From NCBI GenBank assembly GCA_947504725.1, contig CANNHN010000004.1, forward strand, positions 21,090 through 85,089: a DNA stretch of 64,000 nucleotides, read 5' to 3'. This DNA comes from Bacteroidota bacterium. Lineage in GTDB: Bacteria > Bacteroidota > Bacteroidia > 2-12-FULL-35-15. Position 1 is the stretch's first letter, and each line of letters begins with the position of its first letter. The notes beneath the pieces were generated by a model. The model did no database searches. It had not been told where the DNA came from and was given only the letters and a program-made list of their open reading frames with translations. Shown here piece after piece: positions 58,922 to 64,000 of this stretch. A program made the translations under genes and the position numbers.

Positions 58922-59134
58922 ATGAAAAATTCTTTAAAAGCTCTAAAAGTATTAATGGAAAGGTTTAGTTTCTTATCCTCTAGTTCAGTTCAAGCAGAAG
59001 ATATAGGTATTGCTGAAGGTACTGTGCAAACTTATAAATGGTTGAAAGACTTTGGGGCATTAAAGGATATAGTATTTTCATTGATTATTTCCTCTGTTTT
59101 TTGTTCGTTTTTATACCTTGCTATAAATTCCTGA
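58922..59134 (+). CDS. Putative 70-aa protein with a C-terminal TM helix
   Basis: MKNSLKALK...IVFSLIISSVFCSFLYLAINS*; downstream of a LytTR-like repeat. Confidence 0.45.
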   Translation: MKNSLKALKVLMERFSFLSSSSVQAEDIGIAEGTVQTYKWLKDFGALKDIVFSLIISSVFCSFLYLAINS

Positions 59135-59309
59135 TTTTTTCTACACCAGATTGGTCAATCCGTATTTCCTTCCTATCCTTACTACACCTCTTCAAGCAAA
59201 CTCTGCCTTATTTATTATTGTTTTTGCGATTTAAATTTCCTTCAATCGAACCTTTTCCACTCTTGGTTTACATTGTTTGGCTGGCTATACAACTTAATAT
59301 TCGACATTT

Positions 59310-59341
59310 CCATTCTCCGTCCAAAAAGCGCCATTCTTCGA
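59310..59341 (+). promoter_or_regulatory. Putative LytTR direct-repeat site
   Basis: CCATTCTCCG and CCATTCTTCG, 21 bp apart, about 80 bp before the large surface-protein ATG. Confidence 0.55.
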
Positions 59342-59421
59342 AAGTTTCTTAACGCGTTATTTTTCTCCGTTAAACTAAGAAGTTAACAGGTATTTATTAT
59401 TAAAAGAAAGGGCTACTCTGT

Positions 59422-62400
59422 ATGAAAAAAAATCTACAAATTCAGAAACTTTGTAATTCAATTTTAAAATTATTGGATTTCGGTTCAAATGTGAATGTTA
59501 ATTCACCAGAAGAAATGAAAAATAAAAATAAAAAAATCGAAATACATTATTTACGAAAAGTCTGGTTTGCCGCTCTGCGTCTTTCCTTAATTTTTATTTT
59601 CTCTGGAAATTTCAAAGCAACCGCACAAAATACTTGTGCGGCACCGCAGGTTATAGCCGCTTTGCCTTACACGCTGGCCTCAGGTACTACATGTGGAACA
59701 GTTAATAATTACACCACAACAATTGGAGGGAGTACATCGTATCTTTCCGGTGAGGACAGAATCTTTAGATTTGTACCTTCTACATCCGGAAGTATTACAA
59801 TTTCTGTGACTCAACCTACCGGTGCATACTTAGGAATGTATTTGTACACAGGTTGCCCCTTCACTGCTTACATAGGAGGAGTTCAAAATAACACGGCTAC
59901 AAAGAGTTTTACTGCAACAGTTACTGCAGGAGCAACATATTTTCTAATGTTGGATACTTGGGCAGCACCTTCGTGTACTGCTTTTACAAATTTGACTATT
60001 ACGGCACCAGCAGCAGCTTACAACCCTTGTACAACTATCCCTACATTAACTTGCGGTGCTGCTGCTACTACCTATAGTATGGCTGCATCTGCAGGGGCTT
60101 GGAATACTTATGGTGGTACATTTAGTGTACCAGGTCAGGAAAAATTATTTCAGTTCACCCCTACAGTTACTGGTTCTTATGCCGTAACAATGTCGGTATC
60201 AACTGGCTATAACGACTTTTTCTGGAAAGCTGCATCCGTTGGATGTAATTCAACTAGTTGGACGTATGTTAACGATATCTTTGGTACAGGAGAAACCTGG
60301 AATGTTAATTTAACTGCGGGTGTAGCATATTATTTTATGATGGATGATGAAGATATTTCAGCAAATACTGGAACAATAAGAGTTGCTTGTATATCAGCAG
60401 CTCCTGGGAATGACTTAGTAGCCAATGCTCCACTCATTTCGTGTGGTTCAAATACAGCTGGAACAACTATTGGAGCAACATTGTCGGGGACCTATGAGGG
60501 CTTAACTTGTGGAACTGCACAAACTCAGCCTGGAGTATGGTATAAGGTTAATGGCGATGGATCCACTATGACAGCTTCCTTATGTGCAACTGCATGGGAT
60601 AGTAAAATAAATGTTTATCAAGGAGCAACTTCGTCATCTTTAGTTTGTGTTGGTGGAATAGATGATGACGGCCCAGCTTGCCTTAGTTCATCCGCATCTT
60701 ACTCATGGGCTTCTGTTTCGGGTCAAATTTATTGGATATGCGTTAGTGGTTTTAATTCAAATGCTGCTTTTAATATTGCATTAACGTGTGTTGCACCAGC
60801 TTGTGCAGGATCACCAAGTGCTCTTGCTTCTTCTGCAGTTTCAGCTTCAGCCGCAACAATTTCTTGGACAGCAGGTTCTCCTGCTCCGGCTAGCGGTTAT
60901 CAGTATTATTTGTCAACATCAGCTACTGCGCCAATTTCAACAACTGTCCCTACCGGAAGTGTTAGTGCTGGAGTTCTATCAGCAAGCCTAACAGGTCTAT
61001 TAGCAAATACAACCTATTATTTTTGGGTTCGATCAAATTGCGGTGCCTCACAACTAGGTTGGATAGGTTCAGGATCGTTTTTAACTTTATGTAATTCATC
61101 AACTGTAAGTACAAGTGCTTTTGTAACTGAAACCATGAATACTACCTCGTCTTCCATTGGATGTTGGCGTTTGCAAGGTTCCGGCATTAGTCTGGAAACT
61201 GCTGGAACGTTTCCAACTTGCGCCACTCAAGAAGGGGATAGAATGATACAATTTAATTCATATAATTTATCGGCAGGTACAACTGCTAGATTGTTTTCTA
61301 TGCCATTGAATACAATTGGAACAACAGGATTAGCAGTAGATTTTTATTGGTTAAATGAGAATAGTCCTTTATATACGATGACAACCGAAGGTGTTCAAGT
61401 TCAATATTCATTAGATGGTGGAACAACGTGGACAAATAGTGGAAGTTTTTTTCCTAGACAAGATGCAACCCTTGCTTCTGGAGCAATTCAATGGAATTTG
61501 AAAACTGTTGAAATAGGAAGTGCTGCAGTTGGTGCGAATGTTTTGGTAGGATTTTTATTTACCTCTCAATATGGAGATAATTGTTTCTTGGATAATTTAA
61601 AAATACGACAAGCGAAACCTATTATTTCAAGCTTTTCACCAACTTCAATTTGCTCTGGTTCAACAATTACAATAAATGGTTCTCACTTCCTAAATACTAC
61701 AGCTGTTCAGTTCAATGGAATAAATGCTGCAAGCTTTTCAATTGTTAGCTCTACACAATTAACAGCAGTTGTGCCTTCAGGTAGCGCTTCCGGAACAATA
61801 TCGGTAACTACATTAACCGGTGGCACAGGAACAAGTACCACTTCTCTTACTGTGAATCCGCTTCCAATAATTAGTTGCCCTTCAAACATTATTGTTAGTG
61901 CAACAAGTGGTTCATGCAGCGCGATTGTAACTTATAGCGCAAGTTCATCAACAATACCTTTACCAACAATAACTTATTCTCAAGCATCTGGGTCTTCTTT
62001 TAATATCGGAACTACTATCGTAACAGCAACTGCAACAACTAGTGGTGGTTGTACTACTTCATGTACATTTTCTGTAACTGTGAATTCATCTGGAACAAGT
62101 AATTGGTTAGGAAGTATTAGTACTGATTGGTTTAACTCAGGCAACTGGTGTGGAGGAATTCCTACTTCAACTTCAGATGTGGTTATTTCTACAGGCGCTT
62201 CTTATATGCCAATCATTTCGAGTGCAGGAGCAATTGCAAAAAACATTACAATCAACTCTGGCGCTAGCTTAACCATGAACGGAAATGGATATTTAACAGT
62301 TGTTGGTAATTGGATAAATAATGGAACATTTGTAGCCACCGGAGGCGATGTGAATTTTAATGGGAGTTCTTCGCAAACGATTGCGGGGGTGACAACTTTC

Positions 62401-64000
62401 TTTAACCTAAATTTAAATAATCCAAGTGGACTAACAATAAATTCAAATGTAAATGTAAATGGGGGGTGCCAATTGGTTTCAGGAATCCTTACCACTGGTT
62501 CAAATGTTTTACAGATAACAAACGGTGCCTCCCTTTCATATTTTGCAGGTTATGTAAATGGGTATTTAAAGAAATATGTTGATGCACTTAACCCATTTGT
62601 AATTTTTGAGATTGGAAATTTAAGTGGATTTACTCCCGCTAATATTTATTTCAATAGTGTTATAACTGATGGATATTTAACTGTAAATACAATTTCGAAT
62701 GATCATCCTTCTATTGCTTCATCTGGGTTAGATTCAACGAAGACAATAAACCGCTATTGGAATTTGGTGGGCAGCGGATTAACATTTGATTATTATAGTT
62801 TGGATTTGGAATTTGTTAATTCTGATAAAGATCTTGGATTTAATGAAGTTTATGCCGGTGCTAAAGTATTTTCTGGATCTTCATGGGTAAATACTGATCA
62901 AGGATCTTACAACAATAATATTTTATCAGTAGAAAATATTTCAACCTTTGGCGCTGTTCAAATTGGAATTTTCAATCCAACTCCGTTAGCAATTTCTCTT
63001 TCTCCTAATTATGGATATATTGGATTAACATCAACTGTTGTTTTTAGTGGAAGAGGATTTATCAGCGGAGCAACCAGTGTAAATTCTGTTGCAGGTGTAA
63101 CTATAAATTCAACAACAATTAATAATGACAGCACTTTGACACTTAATGTTTCTGTCAGTTCAACAGCTATAGCAGGAATAAGAAAATTTGCTATTACTAA
63201 CGTTGTAAATGCCCCGGGATTAGGTGGCACAAGTTATGATTCTTTATCATTTGAAATTAGAAATCCGCCAGTTGCCAGTTTTTTTCCAAGTGCTACAACG
63301 CTAATTTGCAATGTGAGTGGAAGTATAATGTTTCATAATTATTCAACTGGTGGCGTTTCTTATTTATGGAATTTTGGCGCTGGAGCTTCCCCTGCAACTT
63401 CAACTAGCTCGGGATCTCAAACAGTAAGCTATTCTACAACAGGGACAAAAATAATTAAATTACTTGTTTTTAGTCCAGCAGGTAATGATTCAATTATAAA
63501 AAGTATTGTAGTTACTGCAAATCCACCTTCTAAACCAGCGTCTATAAGTGGGCCCTTAAATTTGACTTGTACTTCATCCATTGTAACAGGTGTTTATACT
63601 GCACCACTACTAACGGATGTGTCTTATAATTGGACAGTTCCTTCTGGAGCAACAATAACAAGTGGTTTAGGAACAAGAACAATTGTTGTTTCTTTTAGTG
63701 GAACATTTACAACAGGTGTAATTTCATTAACTGAATCAAACGGCTGTGGAACGAGTTTAGCACGAACAATTACCGTTACAACAGCACCTCTTGCTCCATC
63801 TTTAATTTCAGGTAGTACAATTATTTGTGGGCTTACTTCCACAACATATACTGCTGCCGCTGTACCTGGTGCCACTTCCTATACATGGACATTGCCTGCA
63901 GGTGTTACATCAACAGTGGGTCTTTCACCAATAACAACAGTGGGGGCTTCTTTAACAGTAAATTTTGCTTCAACATTTAATAGTGGTTCAATTTCAGTAA
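59422..64000 (+). CDS. Very large secreted surface/adhesin-like protein with FN3, IPT/TIG, HYR and PKD modules; likely T9SS cargo; runs off the window
   Basis: Frame +1 appears open from ATG 59422 (or 59515) to the window end. Signal peptide ends KATA-Q. FN3 LTGLLANTTYYFWVRSNC; IPT PIISSFSPTSICSGSTITING; HYR ISCPSNI..FNIGTTIVT; PKD YLWNFGAGASP. C-terminal sorting domain not visible. Confidence 0.88.
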   Translation, partial: MKKNLQIQKLCNSILKLLDFGSNVNVNSPEEMKNKNKKIEIHYLRKVWFAALRLSLIFIFSGNFKATAQNTCAAPQVIAALPYTLASGTTCGTVNNYTTTIGGSTSYLSGEDRIFRFVPSTSGSITISVTQPTGAYLGMYLYTGCPFTAYIGGVQNNTATKSFTATVTAGATYFLMLDTWAAPSCTAFTNLTITAPAAAYNPCTTIPTLTCGAAATTYSMAASAGAWNTYGGTFSVPGQEKLFQFTPTVTGSYAVTMSVSTGYNDFFWKAASVGCNSTSWTYVNDIFGTGETWNVNLTAGVAYYFMMDDEDISANTGTIRVACISAAPGNDLVANAPLISCGSNTAGTTIGATLSGTYEGLTCGTAQTQPGVWYKVNGDGSTMTASLCATAWDSKINVYQGATSSSLVCVGGIDDDGPACLSSSASYSWASVSGQIYWICVSGFNSNAAFNIALTCVAPACAGSPSALASSAVSASAATISWTAGSPAPASGYQYYLSTSATAPISTTVPTGSVSAGVLSASLTGLLANTTYYFWVRSNCGASQLGWIGSGSFLTLCNSSTVSTSAFVTETMNTTSSSIGCWRLQGSGISLETAGTFPTCATQEGDRMIQFNSYNLSAGTTARLFSMPLNTIGTTGLAVDFYWLNENSPLYTMTTEGVQVQYSLDGGTTWTNSGSFFPRQDATLASGAIQWNLKTVEIGSAAVGANVLVGFLFTSQYGDNCFLDNLKIRQAKPIISSFSPTSICSGSTITINGSHFLNTTAVQFNGINAASFSIVSSTQLTAVVPSGSASGTISVTTLTGGTGTSTTSLTVNPLPIISCPSNIIVSATSGSCSAIVTYSASSSTIPLPTITYSQASGSSFNIGTTIVTATATTSGGCTTSCTFSVTVNSSGTSNWLGSISTDWFNSGNWCGGIPTSTSDVVISTGASYMPIISSAGAIAKNITINSGASLTMNGNGYLTVVGNWINNGTFVATGGDVNFNGSSSQTIAGVTTFFNLNLNNPSGLTINSNVNVNGGCQLVSGILTTGSNVLQITNGASLSYFAGYVNGYLKKYVDALNPFVIFEIGNLSGFTPANIYFNSVITDGYLTVNTISNDHPSIASSGLDSTKTINRYWNLVGSGLTFDYYSLDLEFVNSDKDLGFNEVYAGAKVFSGSSWVNTDQGSYNNNILSVENISTFGAVQIGIFNPTPLAISLSPNYGYIGLTSTVVFSGRGFISGATSVNSVAGVTINSTTINNDSTLTLNVSVSSTAIAGIRKFAITNVVNAPGLGGTSYDSLSFEIRNPPVASFFPSATTLICNVSGSIMFHNYSTGGVSYLWNFGAGASPATSTSSGSQTVSYSTTGTKIIKLLVFSPAGNDSIIKSIVVTANPPSKPASISGPLNLTCTSSIVTGVYTAPLLTDVSYNWTVPSGATITSGLGTRTIVVSFSGTFTTGVISLTESNGCGTSLARTITVTTAPLAPSLISGSTIICGLTSTTYTAAAVPGATSYTWTLPAGVTSTVGLSPITTVGASLTVNFASTFNSGSISV

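Noticed and set aside
60788-63875. Short ORFs listed in 60.8-63.9 kb
   Set aside because: They are alternative or antisense frames of the single large plus-strand CDS starting at 59422.
1-64000. CRISPR array, cas genes, rRNA, retron or known defence genes
   Set aside because: I saw no regularly spaced direct repeats with unique spacers, and no RT, Cas, nuclease or rRNA signatures by eye.

Overview
AT-rich chromosomal window from a Bacteroidota bacterium. The assignment rests on TAnnTTTG -7 promoter motifs, the mutY-ssb-gldE-gldD block, the HU-TPR-bS22-RNase E/G block and a frameshifted prfB. Most of the window is housekeeping: mlaEF, feoAB, fumC, prfB, recX, mutY, ssb, gldED, rplU-rpmA, serS, recQ, kdsD-like. 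Intergenic spaces carry several families of REP-like palindromes and short tandem repeats. Two accessory regions stand out. (1) 9.8-22.7 kb: a DDE (rve-type) transposase is followed by a tRNA 3'-end remnant and an ~11.5-kb segment bracketed by a 44-bp inverted repeat. The segment carries a minus-strand operon of a 1774-aa protein with a twin-arginine N-terminus, a 1466-aa protein, a GH25 muramidase and a C-terminally truncated tyrosinase. This is the best candidate for an undescribed system. (2) 54.4-64 kb: an H-NOX / HNOBA-PAS hybrid kinase / LytTR regulator operon has matching 21-bp-spaced repeats in front of neighbouring genes, including a >1500-aa surface protein absent from the ORF track. 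Smaller finds include twin divergent ECF promoters, a switch-like leader before an aminotransferase, a palindrome inside the arsC coding sequence and several unannotated small ORFs. All calls come from reading the sequence by eye; no searches were run.
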